Assembly: GCF_036588685.1 (NCBI RefSeq)
Contig: NC_086380.1
Span: forward strand, 50,654,001 to 50,718,000
DNA: 64,000 nt
Reading direction: 5' to 3'
Source of the DNA: Mytilus trossulus
Lineage: Eukaryota
In this document: piece by piece, positions 14,365-29,436 of the stretch
Layout: each line of letters opens with the position of its first letter
Numbering within the stretch: position 1 is the stretch's first letter
The notes under the pieces: generated by a model
Database searches by the model: none
What the model saw: only the letters and a program-made list of their open reading frames with translations
Told to the model about the DNA's origin: nothing
Program-made: the position numbers and the translations under genes

Positions 14365-14996
14365 AGAGGCATAAGCTCCGAGATATATATTTTTTTCATT
14401 CATTAATGAAAGTGACAAAATTCGCTTTCGCAGCCAGTTTTCTAAATTTTGTCAAAACTATAAACATTGCTGATAAAGTATTTACTTACTGGTAAATAAT
14501 TTGACCTCATTGAAATCGTATTGATGTGACCTTCTATTTAACATCTTAGCTTAAGATTTGTTACGCAAGAACAAGTCGCGTTTCGCATATAAACGGGATA
14601 AAGGTCAACGTTTAAATTGAAACTAGAGAACACCATTGCTGTGACTAATTCGATCCACACAAACTCATTATTATACAAGTAAAAACGATTATTAACATAT
14701 TTGTTTAATCTTTGATATGAAATTAAACAGGCATTGGACAATCTCAATTGCACGTGTTCACTATCTATTTATAAGTATATCTATGTTTATATTGGGTTAT
14801 ATGACCACTGGCGGTCTTCATGGTTAATTAGATGTCCCATAGACTAAAATGTATCCGAAATGCGAAAAAAGTTATCAATCCCATGCATTGTTATTTTCTT
14901 TTGTAAGTTTGAAAAAAAAACGTGTCAGTAGGTTATAAATCACATATGATAATTTGAGTCAAAACGGTGAACATGACTTTTAGAGCTAATGCTCTT
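14365..14996. mobile_element. Degenerate copy of the Kolobok-like element at 29437-30338
   Basis: Decayed TIRs (agaggcataagct...agctaatgctct) and shared internal blocks (acctcattgaa, cggtgaacatga). Confidence 0.55.
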
Positions 14997-15714
14997 TGAC
15001 ATATAAATCATAACAATCATATATTAATTTTTATATCTATAAAAAAAATTATTGTTTTTTTCCTAATGATGATAATAATAAGCATGATAAAAGTGATAAT
15101 AGTGTGATCACGTTTCTCAAAAATTTGATATTTTTTGAGTTACAGAAAATACCGTAATGATAGGGAAAATAGTAATGTCAATAATACTCATTATATAACA
15201 TTTATTTGTAATATAATATTCCTTTAAAGGACACTGCGGCTGTTAATAGTGTTTATTATGGGTAGTTTTAATTAGTTCTGGGGTTGGAAGTTAATTTCAC
15301 AAATATTTATTGATATGTAGCACCGAACAAAATGTCATGAAAATAACTAATACAAGTAACTGTATTGTTTGTCACGCACTGTAAAAATTAAACGATAGAA
15401 CAAACATTTCAACCAATTTACCATTAATATGGTTTTAAGGTCGGGTTTATTGTAATAAATTTAATATCCCGCCAAAATTTGAAGTCTAATAAAACTTATA
15501 TAAAAGTCTCAATTATAATTGAAAATAAAAATATCGTTTCATACGAAATACGAATAAAATTATGTTTCTCATTTAAGTTCGAATTACCTGATTAAGACAC
15601 TCCTTTTCCATCTTCTATCTGCAAAGGAAGGTAAATTTTTACTGAAAGTGTTAAATATGTTTTAGAATATTTAGTACATGCGAATATATTATTGGTAGAT
15701 AGTGGTTAAAACTG

Positions 15715-15915
15715 GGGCCACATGTGAAGCAGGATCTGTTTGACCTTCCGGAGCACCTGCTATCACCCTTGTTTTGGTAAGGTTCGTGTTTCTCAGTATT
15801 AAGTTTGATGTGTCTTGTTTTGTATACTGTTTTTGTTTTTTTCTTTTCCGTATTTTTACATGATATGTTAGTTTATTTTGGACTTTTGAATATCCATTTT
15901 ATATCTTTCGGCTCT
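15715..15915 (+). mobile_element. Penelope-like 3' UTR fragment
   Basis: Matches 37010-37225. Confidence 0.7.
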
Positions 15916-16234
15916 ATTCTTAGAATAATTTGCCATAATGAAGTTTTCCTCGCGCTTTTTTTCCCCCGTAAAAAATATTAAAACTAGGATTACTGGCCAT
16001 CAAATGACATATATTCTGTCTTGTAAAAGAAATACATGCAATATAAAACACATACAGTCTTTCAAATGAATTACATTCTTCTTTCAACATTTGTACATCT
16101 CATTAAAGGTTTATGAACCGAGTGATTTCTGCTATTTTACCTTCCAAGGCTGCGAAACCACTCGATTTATTTTGATAATGTTTACTTATACTTTCACGTA
16201 TATATACCCGTTTGAGTGAATATCATTAGTTACA

Positions 16235-16842
16235 TTGTGTGCTAGTGACCTAATCCGATATATATGGGTTCTGAAAATCCCAATATGAAATTTACTGACC
16301 CCATATATATATCGTATCAGGTCACTAGCACACTATTTAACGAATGTATCTTACCGTCTATCTTAATATGTTGTATTGAAACTAGTGGCCTATCAAAGTA
16401 ATAAAGTCTTCAATACCATTAGTATTAAGAACCTACTTCCATTGGTCTATACAAAAAAAAACAGTAACAACTTGTTAGCTTTAAATGCGTTTTACTAATT
16501 TATTTCAATCGTTCATTATTGTAATATCGCATTGAACTTTTAAGATATTTTCTCCACATCGTGTTTTTATAAAGGGACGTAACACCACTACCAACCGTGT
16601 ATTGAAATAAGCCCCGCCTTCCTTCTAACCTAATATGGAATATCAGTAAAAAACAAATGCCAACAATAACTACTTGTTAGCTTTAAATATGTTTTCTGAA
16701 TTTATTTCAATCTTTAATCGTCTGTTGAAACCATTAAGATTTTTTCTCAGTACTGTTTTTTTTCTATAAAGGGACGTAACTTCACTACTAACCGTGTATT
16801 GAAATAAGGCCCGCCTACTTACCTAGCTAATATGGAATATAC
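16235..16842. repeat. Non-autonomous element with a ~35-bp inverted repeat (16235-16336) and a ~200-bp direct duplication (about 16465 and 16667)
   Basis: gtgtgctagtgacct...aggtcactagcacac; duplicated aagggacgtaac...aaccgtgtattgaaataag. Confidence 0.65.
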
Positions 16843-18564
16843 AAGGTCTCCACGAAGTTGCTTTTAACCAATCATATTCCTAGAAATGCATAGGAGGTAA
16901 GATGAACAGGACTATGTTGTATATATCACTATTTTATTATGGCAAACGTCATTTTTCATTCAAGGTACTGTGCTATCAATGTATGATGAGCATATAAAAC
17001 TGAATATAAACAAGAGTTTTAATTGACATACCCTTATCTTGATACAAGAAAACTTATATGCAAATTAATGATTAGTGAGCAATCCATCGCTATTGAAACT
17101 GGAAGGTATAAAAATATGCCACGCCCTCTCAAAGACTTTGTAGTAAGTGCTAAGTTCTAGATGACTAATATGTAAAATAAATGAAAAAACTCAAAACAAA
17201 GATTTTTCTGATAATAAAATGAAATATATAGTACTAAATCCAACCACTGGTCAGCAAGTGAAATCTTTAATCTCCGTAATTAAACAGTAATTGGGATTGA
17301 GAACAGGGGGTACGTGAGGTTGTGTGTTATGTTTTAATTGTTTTATTTTCATTTTTATGTGAATGTAAATGTCATCAGTATATTGTTGTTATCACATGTA
17401 ATTGTCATGCATTTGGCCCGCCTATGGGTGTAATGTGTGCCTTAATCAAGTATTCAAGTCGTTATTCAGACTGCTGAGGTATATCAAGTCTCTGAGTGGG
17501 TACAAGCTTACAAAATAACAAACTTCTTCAATATAACTGTTATCATAAGCTGAATATTTTTTTCTTTATTTTGACAGTATAATAAAATGAATGTGCAAAA
17601 CAATGCATCTTCTGAAAATAAAGATTGTTTGCAAACATTTCTGCCATCGATTGCAAGCTATTGTTCCATGTAAGGTATGTAAGTGCCCATGACGAACAAG
17701 AAAGGTTTTATGGAGACATTTCAGTTGAGATAGAGATGAGAGTGTGAACATGACTTTTTCAGATAAATAGCAACATTATTATATGAAGGGGTTTGGCCTG
17801 ACAGCAGGGTAAAACTCTTAGCTGCACAGAAAAATCATCCACAGTACCGGGGCCTATGACAAATAGCTAAGACAATAATACTGATGTTTGCAATCATCAG
17901 TGACTTACAATTATTGCTTTCATCGTTTATTTACAAAGCAGCATCAAAAAGGACAGACGATACCAAGAAACCAAATAAAAACTACGAGTCCTTTATTTTA
18001 CATAACAAAAACTATGTGATGTTTCCTTGTAATTTGAATTAAGTTTAACATAATCATTGCAAGAGGGGTTTAGAATTCTAGTTTCTTCATAATCTAATAT
18101 TTATAATATGGTAGAAATAAGATCTTACCTTGCAATTACATGAATTATGATTGTTTCATTCATCCTGAGCAGCTTTACGTGTTATTTGCTGTATGGTTTT
18201 GAGATTGATTTGTTTAATTTCATTTTTATTGTTAAAATATCAATATCAAGTGGGGATATGTTTGTACGTAACACAACTTGAAATGAACTTCCTGGTCACA
18301 TCCTGTATAGCTAGTAAAGGATCTTGAAGGGGTCTTCATTTTTGTATTTTTTTGATTTCAGGCGTTATTATCTGCCCTTAAACATATTTTTGTTATTCTG
18401 CCTTATAATTTAACACTCCATTATTCTTTTCTTTATTTTTGTCAAATGTTTTTGTTGTGTCGAATAGCATTTTATAACGTCTTTTAATACACATTTGACA
18501 AATCAAATTTAATATCTAATAAAAAACAAACTTTACCAGGAAAACTTAACATTGACCAATGACC

Positions 18565-19691
18565 AGGGTAGCGAACGCACGATTCAAGTCGGGGAGACTG
18601 CGCTACGATCTCATAGTGACGTAATTACGACCTCACTACGACCATCACGTTCTTATTGCGATCCAACCAAGCTTTCACCACGACAATACCTCGCTTATAC
18701 CACGCTGTTTAAGACCATAGTTCGAATTCAACACGCCGACATCGTCCTCATCACACTCTTCTTACGACCAGACTACGATGACACGGCGACCATCTTGCTC
18801 ATTGTCACTGTCATATAAGATATATAAAAGCTCTCCGTGTTTTGTTTGTCTGTATAAAATATGGACCTCTTGTCCTTTATCTCCAACAGCTCAACCATTT
18901 TTGACAAATATGTGTCATCCCTACTATCGTTCACTTAAGTATCATCATTTGATCTTAATGGACAGCAATATGTGGTGATAAAGGTTGGATTTGTGGGTCC
19001 GACAATATCTCTACTGGATCATGATTCGTTACTATCAGATGTTCCTCTGGCTCTACCGTTTCGACTGCCATAATGCCCACGAGTTCTGGTACATCTTGGT
19101 TACATGACTGTATTATTTCCGAGGAACTCTACATATAATGAGAAATACATGGAATTGAACAGTATGTATATGGAACTCGATGTTGACGTTATTGCTGCGT
19201 AGTAAGATCGCGGTGTGAACGTGGTATGATCGTAGTATGGTCCTGGTAAGAGCGTTCTTTGATTGCAGTAGAAGCGTGGAAAGATCGTGTTGCAATTAGA
19301 TAAATCGTGATATGGTCATAATGAGGACGTTAAAAGTGTAGAAAGATCGTGATGGTTGTAGTGAGGTCGCAGAATAAGCTTAGTGAGAACTTGGTACAAA
19401 AATAGCGGAATCGTTAAAGAAGCGTAATGGGGACGTAGTAGCAACGTGAAAAAAACAAACATAGATTACTTTAGCTGTATTTGGCAAAACTTTAAGAATT
19501 TTGGTCCTCAATGCTCTTCAACATCGTACTTTTTTGGGCTTTTTTAACTTTTTATCACTACATTGCACTAGTTATGAAAAGGAGTTGGTAAAAATGTATT
19601 TGAACTGATAACCGCGATATCACCACGATTTGAATGTATTTTAAATCGCGGTGAGCATGGTGCGATCGTGGTCTTATGTAACTGGGGCTTT
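18565..19691. mobile_element. Degenerate fold-back type non-autonomous DNA transposon
   Basis: ACGA/CACG-rich left arm mirrored by a TCGT/CGTG-rich right arm; ends tgtaactggggcttta. Confidence 0.45.
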
Positions 19692-22600
19692 AATAAACGA
19701 TATTGCAAAAGATCAAATACTTTTCTAAAAAAATAAAAACAAAATTTCGAAAAATAACTTTTTGTTTCTTGTTTATGATATTCAAGTACTGTTCATAAGA
19801 GTTCAAAGGAATTTATGTACTAATACATTTTTTTAAGTTACTATTAACGGACTGCAATAAATTTTGATACTCTGCAATATTCGTTCTCAAAATGGATTGT
19901 TTTGAATCATTGCAAATTGGCTAAAATTCTATGTTTTTTGCCTGAAATCTAATGAATTTCTTTCTGTTTAGAGAAATTGCATCAAACTTTTAAATACTAC
20001 AGCTTAATTCAATTTTTCTTAGAAAAAAAAAGACAATTCTCAGCTACCTTCAAATTCTTCCTGCAATAACAAAAGAAAATAAATAATATACATACTAATA
20101 TTTTAGCATTTCCCTGTTCTAAGTCATATTGTACTTTTAAATTTATACAATAAACTAAATTTTTAGCCTTCTGAAATCTTACATTCAAAACTCAAGGCTA
20201 AATTTTTAGCTTTCAAAGATTCTCAATTAAATGTAAATGGCTCGAGTTTTAACTATAAATTTGATCAGTTTGAACAAAAACAGTTGATACATGAAAAAAA
20301 TGCTAAAGTTTTAGTAAAAAAAAATAACATGTTGATCGCAATGCAATATAGTAAATTGTAAATTATAAGCCTGGTACCTTTGATAATCGATTTTGGAGAT
20401 GAAATTTAGCGACTTTAGCAATCATTATTTTGATTTGATCACGAAAATCACGAGTAAGAGTTTACATTTAAGTTTTGAAACAAGCACTAGAATTGAATGT
20501 CCTACAACATTCATAAACTGTCATCAACATGTAGAATAGTTTATCATTATTATACTAATCGACTTTTGGTGGGATTTTATTTCTCAATCTGTAGGTATTA
20601 TGTGGTTTTGGTAGGATTGATATTCTTTTCGACATTTTGAGATTGCCTCAGGCATCAGCAACCTCTTCAATACTATAAAACTATAGTTTGTACCAGGCAG
20701 TATATATATTGTACATATGCCTCATTCAATGTAAAGCGCTAGAAATTAATAGAAATGTACTCTTTTGTAATTTAAGTGATATAGTTCCGTCTTTTGCTAA
20801 TATGTGTGAACAAGATAAGTTTAGTTTCATTCTGAAAAGTAATGATACAGACATTAGTACTGTAAGTGTAGCTGGAATAAGCGATATGTATGATTTGAAC
20901 ATTCATTTAAAGCAAAAATAATGTTGTTAAGAACTTTTATAGTATTAATGCTAATTGTTAATGGCTTGAATTAATAATTTTGTATGAATAACACCTCCAC
21001 GCAATGTAAATATAAAATATGTATCTCTTATCATTGAGAAAATATGTTTGGTTTGTTTTTTTTGTTTTTGTCTGTTTGTTTGTTCATTTTTGTATTTGTA
21101 TTTGTATTTTGTAAATGTCGGCTGGTATCATTTCTGTATAGGAATTTACACCAATAAAATTATTTGATTTGATGTTATGCCTATGGTTTGTCTATAGTAT
21201 GTGTTGACACTTTAAAGTAAATGTCTTCTATTATAAGGACTCTATATGAGGTCAAAAGACATGGAACATGGTATTTGAAAAAAACGAGAGAAAGTTTAAA
21301 TGAAAACCAGACATGAACTCTGGTTACAATTCATATTTTGTTTACATATTTTCATACAAAATAAAACTAGCAAAACTAGTTATATATAGAGATTAAATAA
21401 CGTTCAAGTTACCAAGTTTCTCCTCCTCTTCTGGTATGCTTATTTCCCTTGAATACAATTATCATTTACATTAAGAAAACACGAACAGTTGATGTATTGT
21501 AATATTACAATAGAGTAAAAACAACTTTGCGCCATTTTGTAATCATAAACAGTCTGCGTCCTTCAAATGCTTTAATTATATTTGATGAATTTATGAAATG
21601 TCAAACGTTTACGTGATTTTAACATTTAAAGCGCCTTTATGATTAACATTTTGTCTTTAAAACTCTTGAATAATTGTATCACCTTTAGATTATTTGGTTC
21701 TGTAATTATTAATGTTACAGCTTCAATAAAAAAAATATCATTATACATTTCTAATTTTATTTAACTGTTCCGAACTTAAAAGATTCTATAGACACACATT
21801 TGTGATATATCAGCTAAGCATGTTCAGATTTGAATGACAATATTTGAGTTAAGAACCTTTCACTTGAGCTTCTCATCAGTATTTACATGAAGATCAATAA
21901 TAGGAGATTAATGAAAACCAAAACAAATAGATAGATGTACACTAAAGTCATGTAAGTATACGTTATCAGTTTGTGTAAATGCCTTGTACTTAATTCAAAT
22001 TTCAGAAACGTACAGGGATTTTTGTTGCTAAATCCACGAAATGATATATCAGACTATACATTGTTTCCCTACATACTTCAATTCATACAACAATACACTT
22101 AGGTTTAATTGTAATCTTTATATTATTGGTGATTAAATTAATCAGGTATTAATAACCAAATATTCAGCTGAAACTTCTACTTAAAGAACCTTCAATTGGT
22201 AAGTGACATTCCACATAATAGTTAAATTTGAATATTGTCTATATCGCAAATTCATTTTATTTTGATATTTTAAAACATAACTTAACATGCATTGATATCC
22301 AGGTATTTATTTTTATATATTTTATAAATGAGGTACCAAGGATAAGTCTTCCGAATTGTGATAATTTCATTATGACATAATTAATTGTGATGTAATTGGT
22401 TGCTTTATTGTGATGTCCCCACAGCTGGCCTTCGACTATTTTATCTTTTTTGTGTGTTATTTTGGCACTTCAACTGTTTGTTTTGTTTTTTTACATCCTT
22501 AGCTTTCTAATATAAGGTTCTGAGCGTAAATGATGAAGATAAACCCAGAATAGCTTCATTTTTATCACTTTTGCAGCGATTTTTGTTATAAACGGTTATC

Positions 22601-24323
22601 TTAGTCTGACCCCAGTCACGAACTGTTTTAAAAATGCTATAATATGTAATATGTTAAACAACACGGGCGGAAAATGTAAGGTAAACTTTGTTTGCTATAG
22701 TGGACAAAATGATGACGACAGTGCAACGTGTGATTTTGGAGGAAATTACCGATGCTCACGTTTTTATATATAATATGCATGTTTACCACTCTAGTTTGTA
22801 GTTCAGAACCTTCCACTTAAGCATGTTTACCTTCTCATCCACTGGAGGTATGACTGAGAATGTCAACCGTTAAAGATAAGTGCAAAACAAAACAAATAAA
22901 ATGATATAAACCATAATAAAAGTTAGTAGCCCAAGCAAACGCTTGCATTCAGTTATACAACTCTACACATAAGTCGACATTTCAAAATTTGGGCATTGAC
23001 AATTATGAACTCATTTGTGCGCTCTCGCTGAAGCATCCAGAAAAGCACTCTGGGGACACTTTGTTTATGAAATGTAATGGAATTTCTACATGCTATCAAT
23101 TTTTATGTATGCATAAAACAAGCCCTTCATTTTTCGGCGAAAGCTTATAACTTTGTGTTATAACTTAATGTCTATAAAGTGAGCTGAAGTTAAATACTGG
23201 TATTATATGGCTGATTCACTCGTTGAAATTGATCTTTTTTCTATGGAGAACACTTGTTCTGCTGACAGAAATGATAGGGTCCTGATATTTTGTGTACTTT
23301 AATATCCTATACTCTCATTCAAGGTTTATCCTTAACTTGGTCTCAACTTTTGAATAATCTCTTTCAACTGTGTCTCTGAATGTTATTTCTGACTATACAG
23401 CTTATATGTATGTTCAACTTGGCGTTTATTTTTGTTGTAGTTCAGTTGTTTTGCTGTTCTATTGTTTTCCTCTTGTAGTTGATTGTTTGGTTTTGGTTTG
23501 TAATCCGGATTTGTTTTTATTGTTTAATTAGATTTATGACTATGGCGGTATATTACTGTTGCTTTCAGTACGATTAAAGAGTTTTTTCATGATGAAGGCT
23601 ATACTGTAATATTCATTTTCTTTGGCTGGATAGTAGATCATTTGGCAATCATTAAACCTTACCCAACTATAAAAGTTATTTCATGTCTAGAGTTTATTAC
23701 TATGGAAGGAGGAAAATAAGAAATAAAACTGTTATGTTGAGAAACTTTAAAATACCCCAACAAGGAGAGTCTCAGTCCACGTTAATACAAAAATTGAAAA
23801 AAGGGCACTGTCTCTTGTCAAATGAGGTAAAAAATTATAAGCAACAAAGCAACAAATTCAACAAGCTAAATGAAACACAATAATACATCAAGACAATAAC
23901 AAACATTAAAAAGCATAAACCTGGTGGAACTGAAACCATTTTTTTAAATTATGTCCTGTACCAAGTTAAGAATATGTCAGTTGTTTATCAGTTTGTCCGT
24001 TTCTATAAACTTTTGTTTTGGACAGGCTATTTGCGATGTTTTTTGGAGTTTAGTATTTTTGTTGTTCCTTTATTTCCTTTTAGCGACTGATTCGTATAAT
24101 CAACAGACCTTGAGTTCATAAGGATTCATTAAAAATATGGCCATTTCAACATGTTCAAATCCTTTTTTTCTGTTTTATTATTTTTAGTATGTTTCTTCTA
24201 TCAATAAATCAACAACTACTAGAACTTATATATGATTAAAATAATTTATTAGCATAATAAATACATAACAATAAAATAATCTGATCATGTGATACATGTA
24301 AACTATGGAATAACAGAATACCA

Positions 24324-25019
24324 TTAGCCAGGTCTACCACCTGTTAACTGTTGTTGTCCTACTGGTAAATTACAAAAAGGGCTATTTGTAATAGGACCAT
24401 GGTAAGGTGTTGCATAGGTACATTCTAAAAGCTGATTAAGTCTTTCATGTCTATACTCAGTGCATCTCAAACAAATGCAAACTGATAAAATGTGCACTAA
24501 ATAATGAGCATGACAGGTTTTAAGTTCATGCAATAACCTCATAAAATCTTCTGCACTTATATGTCCCTGTAAATTAACTCCATGTAAATTAAGTAAATAA
24601 AACTCATTAATGACAGAACGATACATTGGTTTGATATAAAGCGAATGAATTGCAACAGCATTTTTTGCACTGATTTTTCGTGGCAGAAGCAGTTTAACAA
24701 AGTCTGTTTCCAGTTGGAACTTTTCAATCAGTGGAACAAGAAGAGCTGTTTTGCCCTCTCTGCATCTTTTTACTTCACTATTGTCATTTACTAACCATTT
24801 AAATAAAAAGCCTAATGTAAAATTGCGATTATACTCTGATAAAATAATTTCTATTTCTATTACATCATTTTCATTTTGCATTTGCATATAATTATTAACA
24901 ACATCTAATAAAAACTCACTTCTTTTTAGTGCTAAATGAACTTTGGTCTGGGGCGCAATGGTAACCACACTGGGTTCACCATCATGACCAAAGTTTAAAT
25001 GAAGAACTAGCTTATTCAT
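24324..25019 (-). CDS. Intronless 231-aa divergent BTB/POZ-BACK-like protein
   Basis: Longest intact ORF in the window; pattern HLALKRSEFL...EIEIIL...FLFKWL...LLVPLIEKFQLE...ISAKNAVAI...INEFYLLNL...ISAEDFMRLL...RHERLNQLLEC parallels BTB then BACK; minus-strand AATAAA at 24245-24250. Confidence 0.6.
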   Translation of the reverse strand: MNKLVLHLNFGHDGEPSVVTIAPQTKVHLALKRSEFLLDVVNNYMQMQNENDVIEIEIILSEYNRNFTLGFLFKWLVNDNSEVKRCREGKTALLVPLIEKFQLETDFVKLLLPRKISAKNAVAIHSLYIKPMYRSVINEFYLLNLHGVNLQGHISAEDFMRLLHELKTCHAHYLVHILSVCICLRCTEYRHERLNQLLECTYATPYHGPITNSPFCNLPVGQQQLTGGRPG

Positions 25020-25378
25020 GATAGAATTGCAATATCTCTTTTCCTTTTTTCCCTAACTATTTAATCATAGTTCCCTATTAAGAACAATATTCTTGCCCGC
25101 CCCAAAAAGGAAAAAGGATAGAAGCAGATATGTTTTCAAGATGCTTCTACACCATAGCAAACATTCAGACAATCATGTGGATAGTGTTTTTAAAACACTC
25201 TTTGAATGTCCAAACATTTGGTCTTTAATGTGACCCTTGAAGGTTTTAATATATCCAATTATTTTTAACAATGACAAAATATAAACAGTTTATAACTAAT
25301 TCTTATAATTCATCATTGCAGTGGGTCAAACAGCATAAAACTTCTATAGGCCACGGTGGACTGAATATAATATATATT

Positions 25379-27397
25379 AACTAGAGGCTCTAAAGAGCCT
25401 GTGTCGCTCACCTTGGTATATGTGAATTAAACACAGGAAGCAGACAGTTCATGAAAACTTGTGTTAAGGTGATTGTGAAGTGTTTGAACATCTTACTTTA
25501 CTGAACATTTTTTGCTGCTTACAATTATCTGTCTATAATGAACTTGTCCGTGTAGTTTCAGTGGAAAATGTTAGTAAAAATTTACAAATTTTATGAAAAA
25601 TTTAAAAAATTGATTATAAAGGACAATTACTTCTTAGGGGGTCAATTGACCATTTTTGTCATTTTGACTTATTTTTGAGTCTTAAATTGCTGTACATTAT
25701 TGCTGTTTACAGTTTATCTCTATCTATAATAATATTCAAGATAATAACCCAAAAGAGCAAAATTTCCTTAAAATTACCAATTTAGGGGCAGCAACCTAAC
25801 ATCGCGTTGTCCGATTCATCTAAACATTTCAGGGCAGATAGATCTTGACCAGATTAACAATGTTACTACCTGTCAGATTTGCTCTAAATGCTTTGATTTT
25901 TGAGTTATAAGCCAAAAACTGCATTTTACCCCTATGTTCTATTTTCAACCGTAGCGACCATATTGATTGGTTAGCTCGGTAACAAAACACAATTTTTAAA
26001 CTAGATAGCCTAATAATATTTATGGCTATGTTTGGTAAAATTTGGCTTAGTAGTTTCAGAGAAGAAGATTTTTGAAAAAGTTTACTTAGATTTACGAAAA
26101 AAGGGACTATAAAGGGCAATAACTCCTGAAGGGGTCAACTGACCATATGGTTCTCTTGACTAATTTGTAAATCTTACTTTGCTGAACATTTTTGCTATTT
26201 ACAGTTTATCTCTATCCATAATAATATTCAAGATAATAACCATTATATATATGTTTATTATCCTCCTTCAGGAGAGTATAGATATACAAATGTGGTATAA
26301 TACAGAGTGTTAATAATAAGAATTTAAATAACGATTTAAATAAAATAAAAGAATAAATAAATATTTATATTAATGAATAATTAAATTGATCATTGAATAA
26401 ATAGAATAGATAAGTTCAGATGAATCGAAAAATGTCTTTTAAGATTTTTCAGTTGTAATAAATATCAAGTTAACTGTCATATTCCTTAAACAGTAAAATT
26501 TCCTTAAAATTAATAATTTAGGGGCAGCAACCCAACAATGGGTTGTCTGATTCATCTGAAAATTTCAGGGCAGATAGATCTTGACCAGATAAACAATTTT
26601 ACCCATTGTCAAATTTGCTCTAAATGTTTAGTTTTTGAGTAATAACCAAAAACTGCATTTAACCTCCATATTCTATTTTTAGCCGTGGCAGCCATCTTGG
26701 TTGGTTGGCCGGGTCAAAAAACACAATTTTCAAACTAGATACATCAATGATGATTGTGGCTAAGTATGGATTAATTTGGACCGGTAGTTTCAGAGAAGAA
26801 GATTTTTGTAAAAGATCATGGAGATTTACAAAAAATGGTTTAAAATTGACTATAAAGGGCAATAACTCCTAAAGGGTTCAACTGACCTTTTTGATCATGT
26901 TGACTTATTTGTAAATCTTACTTTGATGAACATTATTGCTGTTTTCAGTTTATCTCCATCTATAATAATTTTCAAGATAATAACCAAAAACAGTAAAATT
27001 TCCTTAAAATTACCAATTTAGGGGCAGCAACCCAACAATGGGTTGTCTGATTCATCTGAAAATGTCAGCGCAGATAGATCTTGACCTGATAAACAATTTT
27101 ACTCCTTGTCAGATTTGCTCTAAATGCTTTGTTTTTTTGAGTTTTAAGCCAAAAACTGCATTTTACCCCTTGTGTTCTATTTTTGCCATGCCGGCCATCT
27201 TGGTTGGTTGGTCAGGTCAAAAAACACAAATTTTAAACTAGATACATCAATGATAATTATGGCCAAGTTTGGTTTAATTTGGCCCAGTAGTTTTAGAGGA
27301 GAAGATTTTTGTAAAAGTTAACAACGACGGACGACAGACGACGGACGCCAAGTGATGAGAAAAGCTCACTTGGCCTTTTAGGCCAGGTGAGCTTAAA
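25379..27397 (-). mobile_element. Non-autonomous Helentron-associated element (HINE/DINE-1-like) with internal tandem repeats
   Basis: Sub-TIR gctcacct/aggtgagc, terminal hairpin ggctctaaagagcc, CTAG end on the minus strand, GACG microsatellite, internal units of about 480 bp. Confidence 0.8.
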
Positions 27398-27949
27398 ACA
27401 TGTTATGAAAACATATTTTGCCAACATGAATCGTGAAACAATACAAATAATTCTAAAACTTTCTGATCACTGTGCTCTAAAATTACATTCTGAGTTTATT
27501 TTTGTTTTAGTCAGAAAAATTTAAATGTATTTGCAGCTTTATTTTAATTCATTTTAAAATTTTGTAAAGTTTAAACCATTTTTAAGCAATGTATTGTACA
27601 TGTTATACTATGTTTGAGGTATTTTTGTACAGTTCATAACAAGCCTTTTTTGCAATTATATACTAGTTATAACATGTACAATATTTCTGTACATGATATA
27701 ACATGTACAAAATTGCAATTTGAATACAACATATAGAAATATTTACATGATTTATGTACATATATATACAAAAAAAATATCCTTATTACTTTTGATTCAT
27801 TTTTTATCATTGTTTCAGATGTTAAAATATATATTTCTTAATCAATTTTGTTTTTAAATTTAACACTGTAGCATTTATTTATCATCCTAGCTGTACTCTA
27901 ACATTATAATGACTTGGACACGTAAAAACTTACTCTTTCATTCAATCAA

Positions 27950-28610
27950 ACAAAGAGACAATTATGAGCATAATCTCTTCATCCTGGCTGAACGCTTACA
28001 GTATGAAGATCATTAAACACAAGTATTTGTCTTTTATTCAATTCAATAATTAAACAACTTGTATATCCAAGCAGAATGATGAAGTAAAAGGATTATATCT
28101 ATATACATTATGGTTCATATTATAGGTAAAGAAAAATAAAGTTAAAGATGCATGATGCGTGAATATTTTGACATTTATGTTGCAAAAGATTATCCACCAA
28201 TTCTGAAGGTCCACAAAAAAACTGATAATGTAACAGAACATGGAATAACTTAAGAAACTATACCTATTCACAGAAACTTAATACATTGTTTATATAAACA
28301 AACAACAACAATAAAATATTGAAGTCACAAGATAGTCTTTATTATATCATTATCCTCACTGTAACTAAAAATAACTATAAGGTTCAATCTCTTTCAGTGT
28401 ATCTATAACTTTCCTACTTTTCTCATATTAAAGATAAAAACTCTTTGATTCAATCCAATAAAGAGACAATTTTGGGCATAATCTCTTCATCCTGGCTGAA
28501 CGCTAACAGTATGAAGATCATTAAACACAAGTATTTGTTTGTTTTTTTATTCAATTTGAAAATTTGACAAGTTTGCTATCCAAGAGAATGATTAAGTAAA
28601 AGTATTATAT
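27950..28610. repeat. ~150-bp direct duplication (about 27950-28100 and 28460-28610)
   Basis: aagagacaatt...cataatctcttcatcctggctgaacgct.acagtatgaagatcattaaacacaagtatttgt occurs twice. Confidence 0.85.
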
Positions 28611-29436
28611 ATATATATATCATTGCAAAAATCAAGGTCATCTTTGACTTGAATTTTCTTTATATATATTAAGTTCTTGCTAAAAAAATCAGACTCAAGC
28701 AAAACTTTACTGAATTTGAACTTATGAAGTTGTAACTTTTCGGATATGTCCCTGTTATACACATGGAAACTTTTTTCTCAAGCTTCTTATACTATATACA
28801 TGTTATAGGGGTGTATACAATACACAGTGAAAAAACAGTACTCATAATTATGATTTTTTTTGTGCATAAATGAATAAATATGAACTTAATGGAAAGAACT
28901 GTGTAATACACTCTTTTGTTTGCAATGCAGACTCATTTACTCCATGAAAAAATAATATTGAAAATTTGCAGACATAACAAACATTTACACTTAGTCTATC
29001 TATTGAAAAATTGAAAAAACTTTAGATAAATAATAATGTAAATTTAAGTCAAACAGAACTAATATACATCCATGTGTTCTCTTTCCTGATTTTTATTGTT
29101 TGCTTTGCATTTGCTTTGTATTTGGTCAAACTTATGGTAAAGTTGCATAACATAAAAAAGTTCTGCTGTCATAGAACTGCATGACTAAACTAAAGGTCAC
29201 AATATTTTCTTGAAGGGATTTTGTTATATATTAATATATTTACTTATATTCTTACTTCACAGGCTTTTTTTACTTTTCCTATTATCGATTTTCATCAATA
29301 AGACAAAAAAAAATTTACAACATTTTGCAATACCATAGTTTTATCATAAGTAGATATACATTCAACTTATTTAAAATATGACACAAAGTATCCTGAATTT
29401 GTTGTTTCATATCAGACGAACTTATTTAAATCTTAA

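Noticed and set aside
22520-22555. Hammerhead-like ctgagcgtaaatgatgaagataaacccagaa
   Set aside because: Core CTGATGA and GAAA are both mutated; too degenerate to call
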